The position numbers and the translations under genes were made by a program. The notes beneath the pieces are model-generated. The model was not told the DNA's origin. It did not search any database and saw nothing but the letters and a program-made list of their open reading frames with translations. DNA of 63,236 bases, the filler included, from Dimorphilus gyrociliatus (lineage: Eukaryota > Animalia > Annelida): NCBI GenBank assembly GCA_904063045.1. It is 4 parts of 4 records of this genome, joined end to end, with 100 filler letters (N's around TTAATTAATTAA, not from the genome) between each part and the next. Parts side by side here need not be neighbours in the genome. Positions count along the whole stretch, not along the records: positions 1 to 31,061 come from CAJFCJ010000128.1; positions 31,162 to 50,763 come from CAJFCJ010000217.1; 2 more parts are not named here. The stretch is one strand, 5' to 3'. This document shows positions 24,438 to 35,643 of this stretch, piece by piece (positions within the stretch are counted from its first letter, which is position 1; every line of letters begins with the position of its first letter).

Positions 24438-25322
24438 CCATATAATCATTCTTATTGGATATTTTTCTTGCAATAAAAGTGTTGATATCCACTGCTTTTT
24501 CAAAAAACATTCCTTACCTAAATCTATCAAGAGAGTTGTCTTTGAATTATCATCTTTCAACAATGCCTCTACAGTATCTTCTCTGATGTAGTCAAATATT
24601 TGGCTGTTGAAATTTTGCTTTTTCACCACTGCAGATAGACTGTTGGCTTCCTCATCTATTTGACTAACATTTATAGAGAGCAGCAGTTGGTGTTTTAACT
24701 GATAAGCCGCCTCCTTGTCGTTGGACCAGTTGTAGATGATTTGTTGACTTTGAAGAGTCTTACCTGCTCCAGGACATCCCACAAATATCCATTTCTTTTC
24801 TTTTATTTTTTTTTCAAATATTTCTTGAAAAACCTCTTCTTCCTCAAGTTCAACTGTTGTTTCTTCATTTTCAACATTTTCCTTAGTCTGTGACAGTTTT
24901 AATGGAACTCTAAAACTATCTAATTTTTGTCTATTATTTTGTCTCAATGGAAGGATTGGAACATTTGAAAGTTCTTCTTTTCGCCTCATTTTGACAAGTT
25001 TTATCAAATTTTCCCAAACTTCAACTTTCTTTTCGTCGGTAAAGTTTTGAGCCAACTGTTGTGATTGTTTATTGTCCATTTCACTGAACAGTCCCGTCAG
25101 GGAGAATTCATTGTTGAAAATATCATTAATAGTTGCATCTATTATTTTTGCTTTGTCATTGCTTTCTTCATAGCTTTGCTTATTGTCTTGACCTTGTTCA
25201 CAGTTGTAGACGCCTTCCTGTACAAGAAAGTCGGTAGCGAAAAAAAAATTGTTTTTATTATCAAGTAATTTTTGCAACTTTGTTTCATGTTTGGTCAATA
25301 GTAGTCTTCTAACAGCATCCAT
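24438..25322 (-). CDS. NLR N-terminal exon: CARD + partial NACHT
   Basis: CARD-like MDAVRRLLLTKHETKLQKLL...DFLVQEGV...DKAKIID; Walker A FVGCPGAGKT; degenerate Walker B TLLIDLG; TGG|GTAAAC donor at 24437. Confidence 0.75.
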
Positions 25323-25478
25323 GGTTTTTTTTCTCTGCTAGCTTTTTGCTTTCTCTTCTCCCTGTGAAAACATGTGAAAGAAAAAGCTATGAATGGCCTA
25401 AATAAAAAAAGCCAACCATTGACAACAAATTGTGTTTATTTGCTAAGTGAAAAGAAGCGCCTATGTGCTTTCAGTCTT

Positions 25479-25639
25479 ATCCAAGTTGTCTAGATTAAAT
25501 AGAAAAACGAAACTAGAAAATAGCTACTTATACTTTCATTCTTACGTTGCGTTTGTAAACAGTAACTTTTTCAATCCAAGTTGTCTAGATTAAATAGAAG
25601 AGCGAAACTAGAAAAAACCTACTTATATTTTCATTCTTA
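25479..25639. repeat. Local ~66-bp direct duplication upstream of the NLR exon
   Basis: ATCCAAGTTGTCTAGATTAAATAGAA...CTTA at 25479-25544 and 25574-25639. Confidence 0.9.
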
Positions 25640-25699
25640 TATTTACTTTTAAGATTAGGCTTGGGTTTGTAAAGGGTTTGTTTGAACAGAATTCTCACA

Positions 25700-26200
25700 C
25701 TTCAAGGGTCCCAATTGTTTGTGGGAAACAGTCAAAGGAAAAATACCCCAAAATTGATGTTTAGAACTATTCCATTTACAATAGAAAATATTTCCTGGAG
25801 GTTGAAGATTTTCAATCCTGTCGACTTTTATATCTTCAAACTACAAAAAAACAGCCTGTGAACAAATATTTACAAGATAAAAAAGACTCACATAAGAGCC
25901 TTGTTGGAACATGGCGTAAATTTATCAACTATAGATACGACTACGTAATACCATTGAATCTGTGAGAACATGAAATTGGTAAACTTTGAGAAAACTGATA
26001 ATCTAACTAACCCTGTGTGTGGGAACTTTCTAGAAATATGTCAAAAACAGATAAGAATTTGAAATGATGAAAATTCTTTGAGAGCTTACATCAGTTCCAT
26101 TAGAATGAATTATATTACTAGGCCAATTTTGATGAAATTGGAAGCAAAATCAATGACTAAGAATTGAAATTGTAAAGTTTCCAAAGTACTCACATAAATA
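25700..26200 (+). pseudogene. Degraded RNI-like LRR remnant
   Basis: GNFLEICQK resembles GKFLENFVK of the 9750 gene; many stops. Boundaries approximate. Confidence 0.3.
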
Positions 26201-26482
26201 GAACCTTCCAGTCTGTCTTTTAACTAGTTCATTAAACTATTATTGAGGAGTGTAGCTATAGCAATGATAAGAAAACAGTAGTCTTGTACAACTAACTGTA
26301 ATGTGTAACGATTGCAAAAATTGCCAAAATCAACACATTTATTAAGCACTTTATATACTTTTTTCAACACTCCCGACCTCACATCTGGTATATTGTCCCA
26401 ATACAACAAGATCAAACGTGCCCGACGTAGGAGGAAGCCTGTAAAATATTTTCAGGGCGCTATTTTGGGAGATGTCTGACAG

Positions 26483-26514
26483 ACATTCATACATTCATAC
26501 ATTCATACATTCAT
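26483..26514. repeat. (ACATTCAT)4 microsatellite
   Basis: Four perfect 8-bp units. Confidence 0.95.
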
Positions 26515-26644
26515 AGCATAGTCAAGATGACATTCATCAATTTAGAGAGATAATCATTAGAAGGACTCTAAACAAAACATAGAATATTATGAGTTTTTTC
26601 ACGATTACTAATAGCTTCAGTCTATTGAGAAAAACAAAAACAGT

Positions 26645-27565
26645 TCAAGCGATAGAGTTATTTTCTGAAGGAAATATCTGGCCATTGCAATTCAAATATT
26701 TCTTTAACAGGACTTTAACATGAACATTACTGATCAAAAGTATAAATGATATAATTCCAGGTGCCATTAACAAAATTATTTCCAAAATAAGAGATATTTT
26801 GTAACTGATGCTAAGCAGATTGGATGAAAATTTTTTTAAAAGAATAAGATAACATATCCATAGAATTACAACAAACAATAGCTGGAATACTGTAATTTTT
26901 GATGATTTAGATATTGATTGAGATTGTTTCATTTGAGTATTCATTAATTTTGCATGTCTTCTAGCCACTTTTAAAATTAGAAAATATAATAATAAACTTG
27001 CCAGAATTGGTCCAAAAGAAAGTACAAAATATATATAAAATACTACACCTTGCTTTGAAACAAAATTAAAACAAATCAGAGGATCTGATAAATCTGAAAA
27101 TATTGGAATTAACGAGAGGAAAATTGATGAAAGATTTACGAGTATCAAGGAAAACAATTTTACTTTTATATTACAATATTGATTATATTTAAAAGGATAA
27201 TTTATTAATAAATATCTAGTTGAAAGTAAACCCAAAAAATTGAACTGAGATTGAGTATTCATTAAACTGGGTACAATTAATATTACCGAACACATTATTG
27301 GAGATAATTCAATCACAAATCCACTATCTGTGCTAACATTGATGAAGAAAAACCATAAAACTAAAAGGAGGTTATTTAAAGATAGCGGAAAGATGAAATA
27401 TCCAAAAGATTCTCTAGCAGATTTCGATATAATAAACAGCAATAAAATTAGAGATGATAGAAAGAATCCAAAGATTAATTCCAGATATAAAAGTAATTTT
27501 AATGCAACACTCTGAAATTTGGTTACATCATACAAAACTTTATAGCCAATATTTGAAGAATTCAT
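26645..27565 (-). CDS. Intronless divergent class A orphan GPCR
   Basis: 306 aa, seven hydrophobic helices, STRYLLINYPFKY (DRY region), basic ICL3 KVARRHAK, degenerate TM7. Confidence 0.8.
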   Translation of the reverse strand: MNSSNIGYKVLYDVTKFQSVALKLLLYLELIFGFFLSSLILLLFIISKSARESFGYFIFPLSLNNLLLVLWFFFINVSTDSGFVIELSPIMCSVILIVPSLMNTQSQFNFLGLLSTRYLLINYPFKYNQYCNIKVKLFSLILVNLSSIFLSLIPIFSDLSDPLICFNFVSKQGVVFYIYFVLSFGPILASLLLYFLILKVARRHAKLMNTQMKQSQSISKSSKITVFQLLFVVILWICYLILLKKFSSNLLSISYKISLILEIILLMAPGIISFILLISNVHVKVLLKKYLNCNGQIFPSENNSIA

Positions 27566-27750
27566 CTGTTTTTCTTATCTCTGCACCAATTCTTTTATAT
27601 TTTACTAATCTAGACAGAGAAGTCAAAGAATAAGTGATAATTTATGTATGCAATGGGATAATTGCCTTTAAAAGCATTTTGTTTTTTTTCCTTCTTATTC
27701 AATAAAACTCTGAAACTAAACATCTAAATTCTTTTTATGTTAATAATTTA

Positions 27751-28356
27751 TTAGTAGATGGATAAAGCCTGGTTGCTGGGCTTTATTGCTTCAACATACT
27801 TTCCATTAATTTGAAAAATAGCACTAGTATGACTCTGAGCAGATGGAATAACATTAACATTTTTTCTTCCAATATCTCCAATTAGTCCTCCATAGACGCT
27901 TGTCAAAATGTTGAAATTGTTGAATTTGATATTTAGATAATGACCTGTCAAGTAGTTGTCTTCTTTTGAAATTATTACTTTTAGATTTGTAAGATTTTTT
28001 CTCAGAAATATTTCAATTTTATTTCTGGATAGTACTGCTCTTGGGCCACCTGTTGGAAGATAGAAATAATCTAGTGTTAATTGAACAGCTCTTTTATTTC
28101 TAACAGGGTCAAATTGAATTACGTGAAAGTCGTTTGGTTGTATGGAACCATGTAATCCAGAAGGATTATGCATTGTAGGTGTACCACCTTTAAGAACTAT
28201 GACAGAAAGATAAATTGGAGTTAAATCTACAGCACTTGATCCAACATTCTTAATCTCTATATAATCTTGTTCATAATTTATTTCATTCAGCAAAAGGGTT
28301 TGCAATGAAGTTTGCAGTAGAATTATATTTAGTAAAACTAAAAGAAATTTCTGCAT
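27751..28356 (-). CDS. Paralogue of the 18038 LTD protein with an internal deletion
   Basis: Signal peptide, LLLNEINYEQDYIEIKNVGSSAVDL, RNKRAV, then a direct jump to KIEIFL...LTGHYLNIKF...YGGLIGDIG; second half of the LTD is missing. Confidence 0.7.
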   Translation of the reverse strand: MQKFLLVLLNIILLQTSLQTLLLNEINYEQDYIEIKNVGSSAVDLTPIYLSVIVLKGGTPTMHNPSGLHGSIQPNDFHVIQFDPVRNKRAVQLTLDYFYLPTGGPRAVLSRNKIEIFLRKNLTNLKVIISKEDNYLTGHYLNIKFNNFNILTSVYGGLIGDIGRKNVNVIPSAQSHTSAIFQINGKYVEAIKPSNQALSIY

Positions 28357-28789
28357 TTTTTTAAAATATTCACTCCTCTAGCCCTATTTGTTGAGTTCTA
28401 TTTTAAATCAACCATTTATATAGTCATGCAAAGCCTTTAGATTATTTTAGGGTTGGTTATGAAAATCATAAAAGTTTTTAGTACTTTTTAGATATAATTG
28501 AAGAGAATTCTCAATAAACAACCTGTCCTATTCACATTCATTAGCCTATCTTGCACTTTTGAAAGAGACTGGCAACATTAATTTGTTTTTTATCACCTTA
28601 GTAAGAAAACTATATAATAAAATGTTCTTTTTAATATATAATTGAATAAAGTATATAAAATTCTTCAAATGCCATCAACAATGTACGCAATTTTTAGAAA
28701 TATTATTGATCCTAGCTATTTTTCTTATTTAGGCAATTTTACAAAATTAAAATCTCTTCCTATTTTCATTTAAGAGAGGAATGCACTTC

Positions 28790-29010
28790 AGTTTAATATG
28801 GATTATTTAATTCCAATTTCAAACTCATCATTGTAAATAGGCTCTGAATGAAAGGCCTGGAATCCAGCTCTTTGTCATCTCATAATTATTCTCTAATGTG
28901 TTTGGATTGTGTTTGAAGGGGAGAGGGAAAGTCCAGTATTCACTAGTGGGCTGTATATAATTTACAGACTGTCTTGGTATTGTGGATAGTGAATCTATGA
29001 CATATGCATC
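28790..29010 (-). mobile_element. BEL/Pao pre-RT remnant
   Basis: YWTFPLPFKHNPNTLENNYEMTKS matches the Y.V.LPWK...L..NY..A pattern upstream of Pao RT. Confidence 0.55.
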
Positions 29011-29264
29011 TATGTCATATATTATTCCCTAGTTGAGGAAATATGGCTTTAACCTTATCTGTTGTCATCATCTGGAAATCATTATTGTGTATGATATGTC
29101 AGTCATTCAGGCAAGAAGAGTTACACATGAGTTTCTTTTAAATATCATTTAGTTAAGTTTTTACATAAGTGCTTTTGCTTTCTTATTATTGATTTTTTAA
29201 TGATTTTTTTCTTATTTGGTCTTGAGACATTATTACTCTGACAATGTTTGGGGGATTTATAATT

Positions 29265-29770
29265 TTAATATTTCTGAATATGACAACCCTCATTTTCAAT
29301 GCATTTACTAATCCTACCCCCCATCCCTGTATATAATTTTTGTAGCAAGTCAGGACTTTGTCTTATAACCTGTTATGAACATTTTTTAATTTTCTCCCAC
29401 AGTTCATTCCCAGATTGAAATTGTGCCCCATCATACACTAAATTCTTTGTCAGGTGCCACATATTTTCTATTGGGCTAAGGTCAGGGCTCTTTGCTGGCC
29501 AATCAATTGGATTTATACCATTCATTCTAAAGGCCCTCCTATTAGCTCTTGCAGTGTGGCAGCCTGAGTTGTCTTGTTGGAAGGCATAATTCCGGCCCAT
29601 TTTGAGTGATATCTCTTCAGTGACAGGAAGAACATTTTCCACAACAAATCAGCTATATGTTTGGGCTGCCAAGTTTTGACTAATCCTCCAACCTCAAACA
29701 CCCCATCTGAGGTTATTGGTCCCAAACCATTACTCCACCTCTTCCCATATTTTTTGTTACACTAAAATTT
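29265..29770 (-). mobile_element. Tc1-like transposase 3' fragment (DD34E)
   Basis: TKNMGRGGVMVW, FQQDNSGCH, WPAKSPDLSPIENMW; 34 residues between D and E. Confidence 0.9.
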
Positions 29771-29777
29771 TTTTCAC

Positions 29778-30162
29778 TGTGCACTTAGAAATAATGAGTG
29801 AACGAATACTTAGACTTTAGATATAAGGCAACATTAGAAAGACTTCTATTTTATAGGAATTACAATGGTGCAACTATAGAAATACTTCTATTTCATAGCA
29901 ATTATAATAGTGGAACTTTAGAAAAACTTTTAATTCATATTGTTAGCTTTCAGTACTTTAGAAAGAACTCTATTTCGTAAGAAATAGACTCTTTAACTGT
30001 AAGAGACATTGTCTACTTGGGAATTAACAAAGGAACAAAGAACATGGAAAAGATGCATATCAAATACCAGATGCTGATGAGGCAGCCTGTTTGCAGTGGC
30101 ACATGTTTGCATGTGGCCCTAATCTAATGATTATATTTTATACAGTATGTGTGATATAACAG
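29778..30162. repeat. Copy 2 of the ~380-bp repeat with 42-bp tandem core
   Basis: Collinear with 11347-11726; abuts the broken 5' end of the Tc1 fragment. Confidence 0.9.
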
Positions 30163-30371
30163 GAGCCTTTTTCTATCGCATCAAATAACCTTTATTATTA
30201 TTATGAATTTTTTGTTGTTCCATCATACCAGTACACCAATTAACATTTGCTGTATTAATATACTCCATTATACACAACCTGTTTATTTTTAATCTATACT
30301 AGAAATTACGCATTCATAAATAAATTCTATTTGTAGCCTGTAATTTTCATATTTACAATATAGCTCAAATT

Positions 30372-30571
30372 GGATGCGACAGAAAACATCCACAAATCAG
30401 TACTTTTACCCTAAGCCTAACCCAGCCCTTAGCTGTAGCTAACCTTTTCCATTACCCTTAACCCTTAAAGGAGACCCTCCTAAATACAAATCAGTTGCTG
30501 TTTTCTTTTGCCTAACCATTTCTCAATCCAAATTTTTGTCTTGAAATTTTTCATTTTGGACATTTTCTGTC
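30372..30571. repeat. Short non-autonomous element with subterminal inverted repeat and TAACCC-like core (Helentron/HINE-like candidate)
   Basis: GACAGAAAACATCCA (30378) and TGGACATTTTCTGTC (30557-30571) are inverted, 13/15; left ~95 bp recur at 62476-62569. Confidence 0.6.
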
Positions 30572-31061
30572 AACTCCCCCAAATTGATTTAATGCAAGTT
30601 CTCTCAATGAAACTGGTAGACCAGAAGTATAGCCATGATTCAAACAAATTGAAGTTATAGACAGACTTTTGCATACTTCGCAATGAATTAGAAATAAGAT
30701 TCATAGACGCAATCATATGCTGTTTAAAACTACTAATTGCCAAGTCACAGTAGAGTTAAATCGCAAAATGATGTGTCTCTGAAAAATTCTATTCTGCCCT
30801 TTGTTGCTTTATAGCTCGATTGCAGAGCTGCTTTCGAAGTAGAACAATTCATCAACCGAGGTTTAAAAACAAATTGAAAAGATGTGAATCTTTTGAAAAA
30901 GAAATAAACCCAGTTTTACTCCATGATTAAAACATGCAGTAAAAAGAAGTAAGCAATCAATCTGATAACTGTTAGTCTTTGTTTAAACCAGTGATCCATT
31001 TCCAATCCACCATATTGACGACATCTGCCAATTAACGCAGACAGTCAGTGTCTTGACAATT

Positions 31062-31161
31062 NNNNNNNNNNNNNNNNNNNNNNNNNNNNNNNNNNNNNNN
31101 NNNNNTTAATTAATTAANNNNNNNNNNNNNNNNNNNNNNNNNNNNNNNNNNNNNNNNNNNN
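31062..31161. other. Artificial contig-joining spacer
   Basis: N44-TTAATTAATTAA-N44. Confidence 0.98.
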
Positions 31162-31733
31162 TCTACCAAAGCTTAACTGAGAATCAATTAAATTTAGAAG
31201 TATATCTTGCCATTAAATTCCCCTTCCCTCGAACAAAGTAACTATTGGTATTCAAGTTTCTGAACTGGTTGGAATTATAGCTATTAGACTATGTTATAAA
31301 GTAACTATAATAAATTAATTAAGATCTATAAAATAAAGAAACTTTTACCTGCTATATTCATTTAAATAGTATAAAGTACTTATTTATATAATTTAAAATG
31401 TTAGTTGAAATAACCGACTTATTATTATTTATTAAGATTTAAAAAAGGGAGTAGACAAATCTTTGAAGCAGTTCATGAAATACAAAAAATGTTGAGATTA
31501 ACTTTACAAACAAAAATAGGTTAATCTTGTATTTCATAAATAATTAAAGTGTTTACCAATAAAACCAATACTATTCTATTCACTATATATGGAAATCGTA
31601 TAAAAATCACGATTATATGTTTTTAGGAACAAAGTCTAATTAAAGGAGAATCCAAATAACTAATTATTGATACATAAACTAAGAATAGCTGCTAAAAATG
31701 CAGTGATTTAACATTGTTTAGTTAATTAACCTT

Positions 31734-33176
31734 TTAATTATTATTAGACTTACTTAGAGAATTCAAAAGCTCAATCATTAGTTGTAAAGGTTTACCAGTT
31801 GATGCACTGAATACATCCTTTGTACTTGCCTCTAATGTACTACCTGCAATATCCAAATGAGCCCATGTTGTTTCACCTATAAATTCTTTTAAAAACATAG
31901 CAGCTGAACTACTCCCTGCTGTTCTCTTAGTATTAATATTAGCAAAATCGCTTACTTTTGAATCTAAATCCTTTCTAAATTGTTCGTCTAGCGGCATCCT
32001 CCATGCTTTATCATTCGCTTTTTTAGATGCTTCTTTGATCAATTCCCAGAAAACTCCACAATTACTAAAAACACCTGTATATTCATGCCCCAAAGCTATA
32101 ATAATAGCTCCAGTAAGTGTTGCGATATCAATAATCCTCTTTGGGTTAAAAGATTTAACATAGGTTATCGCATCTGCCATAATTAGACGACCTTCAGCAT
32201 CTGTATTTAGAATTTCAACAGATTTTCCTGATAATGAAACTCGAACATCACCAGGTTTGCTTGCCTTACCTGATGGCATGTTTTCACATAATGGAATAAC
32301 TGCCTTTAAATTTATAGGAATCTTGAATAAGGTTGCTGCGACAATTGATAAAAGAGATACTGCCGCACCACCCATATCTCCTTTCATGTCATACATACTA
32401 CTTGGAGGCTTTAAAGAGATTCCGCCTGAGTCAAATGTAACTCCTTTTCCAACAAGCGCTAAATCAATATCACTATTCCCATTACCTAAATAGCTTATTT
32501 CTAAGAAAACTGGCTCTTGGCCGGAGCCTTCAGTAACAGATAAAAATAATCCCATCTTTTTTTCTCTGATAAAACTCTCTGGGTGGATTTTTAGATCTAA
32601 ATCTACATTAGATTCATTTTTGGCCCATGTTATAATGTCTCTTGCATAATCTCCGAATATTTTTGGAGTACAATGATTAGCAGGAAGGTCTATAAGAAAA
32701 CGAGCAATGTTCTGAAGTTGCTTTCTAATTAGTACTTCTTTGTCAACTTCAAAGAAAAAAGTTTCAGCCTTTTTGGTTTTGAAGAAATCGAATTCGTAAC
32801 TAGCAAATACCAAACCTTCTACTAACAATTCATAGAAATGTGCATTGTTTGTGGATTTTTCAAATTTTATGTTCTTATATCCAAATTGTTTAGCCTTTCT
32901 AAATAAATTTGCACCTGTTTTTCTTATAACATCAACCTTTAATTCTTTAGTATTTGGTATAAAAGCTGCTATTACATGAAGATCATTTAATAAAACTATA
33001 GATCCATCTTTAAAGTTTGCTCCAGACTTCTTAAGAGACTTTACAATATCATCTTCATTCTTTTCTGTGAATACATTGAAGCTTTTCTCTTTTTCAGTAT
33101 ATAATAGAATTTCACAGGACTCTCCTTCTATCTTGTTATTTTTTATAAACTTTTTCCAATCTAACAGATTTGACAT
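31734..33176 (-). CDS. M17 cytosol leucyl aminopeptidase, intronless (microsporidian-type)
   Basis: GKGVTFDSGGISLK, MKGDMGGAA, NTDAEGRL, IATLTGA, WAHLDIAG; CCC motif just upstream of the ATG. Confidence 0.95.
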   Translation of the reverse strand: MSNLLDWKKFIKNNKIEGESCEILLYTEKEKSFNVFTEKNEDDIVKSLKKSGANFKDGSIVLLNDLHVIAAFIPNTKELKVDVIRKTGANLFRKAKQFGYKNIKFEKSTNNAHFYELLVEGLVFASYEFDFFKTKKAETFFFEVDKEVLIRKQLQNIARFLIDLPANHCTPKIFGDYARDIITWAKNESNVDLDLKIHPESFIREKKMGLFLSVTEGSGQEPVFLEISYLGNGNSDIDLALVGKGVTFDSGGISLKPPSSMYDMKGDMGGAAVSLLSIVAATLFKIPINLKAVIPLCENMPSGKASKPGDVRVSLSGKSVEILNTDAEGRLIMADAITYVKSFNPKRIIDIATLTGAIIIALGHEYTGVFSNCGVFWELIKEASKKANDKAWRMPLDEQFRKDLDSKVSDFANINTKRTAGSSSAAMFLKEFIGETTWAHLDIAGSTLEASTKDVFSASTGKPLQLMIELLNSLSKSNNN

Positions 33177-33565
33177 ATTAAGGGTTCAAAAAATTAAGAT
33201 TTAAGACATTTTTATTGATCTGTATTTGAATATAAAATGAATGGTTATATAACATTTTTATACTTAAACTATCTATTTTGTTTTAATAATTCTATAAAGA
33301 GCATTTTATATAGAAAATAAATTAGTAAATTGTAAAAAAAGGCTTGTTTTAAACAACCTTTACTTTTTTGGGATAGAGATTATGACGTCGTTGAATTAAA
33401 TTCTAAAACTTATAAAGTTTTGTTCAATAAAGAACGACTTTCAGAAAATGTCCATTTTATTGAATATCTTAAAAATTTGACATAGTATTCGTTTATAGTA
33501 AACATAGAAAAAATTGGTCTTTTTACACCAAATTTAATATTTATATGGTATAACATCAATATACA

Positions 33566-35036
33566 CAGTCTGTAAAACAACCCCTAACAAGAAAAATTTA
33601 TTAAAAAACTTATGAAAACAACAATTTTATATTTACATAATATCTTAAAAGAATGAACAATGGTCATGATACTAACAAGTATGATTTTGAAAAATTCTAT
33701 GATTAGCTTAAATACTTTTTATCCTAAGAAAACTTTTTAGACTGTAAAAAAAAGTGAACAGGATCAAAACTACGAACTTTCTCTCCAATATAGCATAGAT
33801 TCGATCTAATTTAGACCTTTATAACTAGAAAAATCAATGAATAAACAAAATGGAAAGCCATATTGCTTTATAAAGAGAATTTTAAATATCGAGAGATTAG
33901 TGATAAAACAGGACTAGCTCTATCAACGTCCACAAAATAATCAAAAAATATACTAATAATAATACTATAGAACATTTAAGAGGGAATGGTCGTCCATCTA
34001 AGCTATCTAATAGTATGAAACACCATTTATTAAACCTTAATAATGAAAACAGATTTTTATCAACAAGAAAGATAGCAAAAAAATACAAATATCATGTAAT
34101 ACCAATATTTCACATGCATCTGTAAAGAATTACTTAAATAAAATGAACATAGAAACCTTTACACCATGTTCTAAGCCACTCTTATAGCCAAGGCATATTA
34201 AAGCTAGATATGATGCAAGTAAGAGATGGATAAAAATGCCAGAAAGCACGTTAAAAACGATTATATTCTCCGATGAATCAAAATTTAACCTTGCTAACAA
34301 CGATGGAAGTCCAAAAGTATGGCGTACAAAGTCTTCTAAACTTGATATTCAAAATATCAAGAAAACTATAAAATTTGGAGGTGGCTCTGTGATGGTTTGG
34401 GGCTGTTTTTCATATCATGGTGTTGGAAAACTAAAATCTATAGATACAAAGATGCACGCCGCATATTATTGTAGCATTCTATCCAGCTCTTTACATAATT
34501 CTGTTGAAAAATGGGTCTTAAAGAGTATATTTTTGTACAAGACAATGACCCAAAACATACAAGCAAGCTTACAATAGAATTTTTTTTAGAAAATAATGTT
34601 AAAGTAGAACCTTGGCCAGCTCAATCACCAGACTGTAACCCTATAGAACATCTTTGGGAAATTATAAAGCGTAGAATAGGGCAGAAAACATTCAAAAAAA
34701 ATCGGACCTGAAAGAAGCTATAACTAAAGAATGGAATTCAATATCAATAGAGACATGTAGAAAACTAGCTTTAAACTTTAAAAAATCCGCACTAATGGTA
34801 TATAGAGCAAAAGACGGGTATATTAATAAATAATTTTTCTTGTTCACTTTTTTTTTTACAGTCAAAAAAGTTTTTTGAGATAAAAAGTATTTAAGCTGAT
34901 CATAGAATTTTTCAAAATCATATTTGTTAGTATCATGACAATTGTTTATTCTTCTAAGATATTATGTAAATATAAAATTGTTGTTTTCATAAGTTTTTTA
35001 ATAAACTTTCCTTATTCACTTTTTTTTTACAGACTG
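33566..35036 (+). mobile_element. Full-length Tc1 (DD34E) element with ~195-bp IR/DR-type TIRs; transposase disrupted
   Basis: TIRs 33566-33760 and 34841-35036 beginning CAGTCTGTAAAA, with an inner repeat (G)ACTGTAAAAAAAAGTGAA; [33 protein letters not shown] on the right, CA on the left. Confidence 0.92.
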
Positions 35037-35383
35037 TATATATACAATTTACCAAAAAAGCGATACTATTAAATTTTCGTTATAGACTTAGAAAAAAAAA
35101 AGATTCATTAAGAAAATAGCATGATTACCATCTACTTGAATATGTATAAGTTCTTTTTGCTGCATTATTTTCACTTGAAAGTCGTTTTTTTAATCTGTAT
35201 TCTTAAAAAACAACTTTGATTTTGAAAAATAATACTACTATTTTTTATTAATATACTTTGAGTTCGTTTTATATATGGGAGGGTCGATCAACTTGAGATA
35301 AAATAAATACAAATTTTAAATTTTATTCTTTCTTATTTCCCTCCACATAACTATAAAAGTTTTTGACTCATTTATACCCTATT

Positions 35384-35492
35384 ATGGTAGTAGTAACATC
35401 TAATACCAAACGATCGACAAAGGCTGTTTCTTCCGATGATAGACAGAAGATCATTGTGAAAGTTCTCGATGGGATGTCGGCCAAGGCGATAT
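35384..35492 (+). mobile_element. N-terminal HTH fragment of an IS630/Tc1-like transposase running into a gap
   Basis: MVVVTSNTKRSTKAVSSDDRQKIIVKVLDGMSAKAI; CCC at 35377-35379 before the ATG. Confidence 0.5.
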
Positions 35493-35643
35493 NNNNNNNN
35501 NNNNNNNNNNNNNNNNNNNNNNNNNNNNNNNNNNNNNNNNNNNNNNNNNNNNNNNNNNNNNNNNNNNNNNNNNNNNNNNNNNNNNNNNNNNNNNNNNNNN
35601 NNNNNNNNNNNNNNNNNNNNNNNNNNNNNNNNNNNNNNNNNNN
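35493..35643. other. Scaffold gap (151 N) within contig B
   Basis: Run of N without linker. Confidence 1.

Noticed and set aside
9750-25322. CARD-NACHT exon and LRR exon forming one long NLR gene
   Set aside because: The rest of NACHT and the helical domains are not found, several same-strand genes intervene, and the LRR ORF lacks a good acceptor.
30590-31061. Possible MULE transposase remnant
   Set aside because: Only vague fragments (DF...FIDAI, LPFV) in shifting frames; not supportable without a search.
31106-31117. TTAATTAATTAA as a biological site or repeat
   Set aside because: It is identical, N-flanked and symmetric at three places, so it is a synthetic linker.
35368-35643. C-terminus of the 629-aa LRR ORF
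   Set aside because: It only continues through a 151-N gap into sequence that reads better as a transposase start on the other strand.
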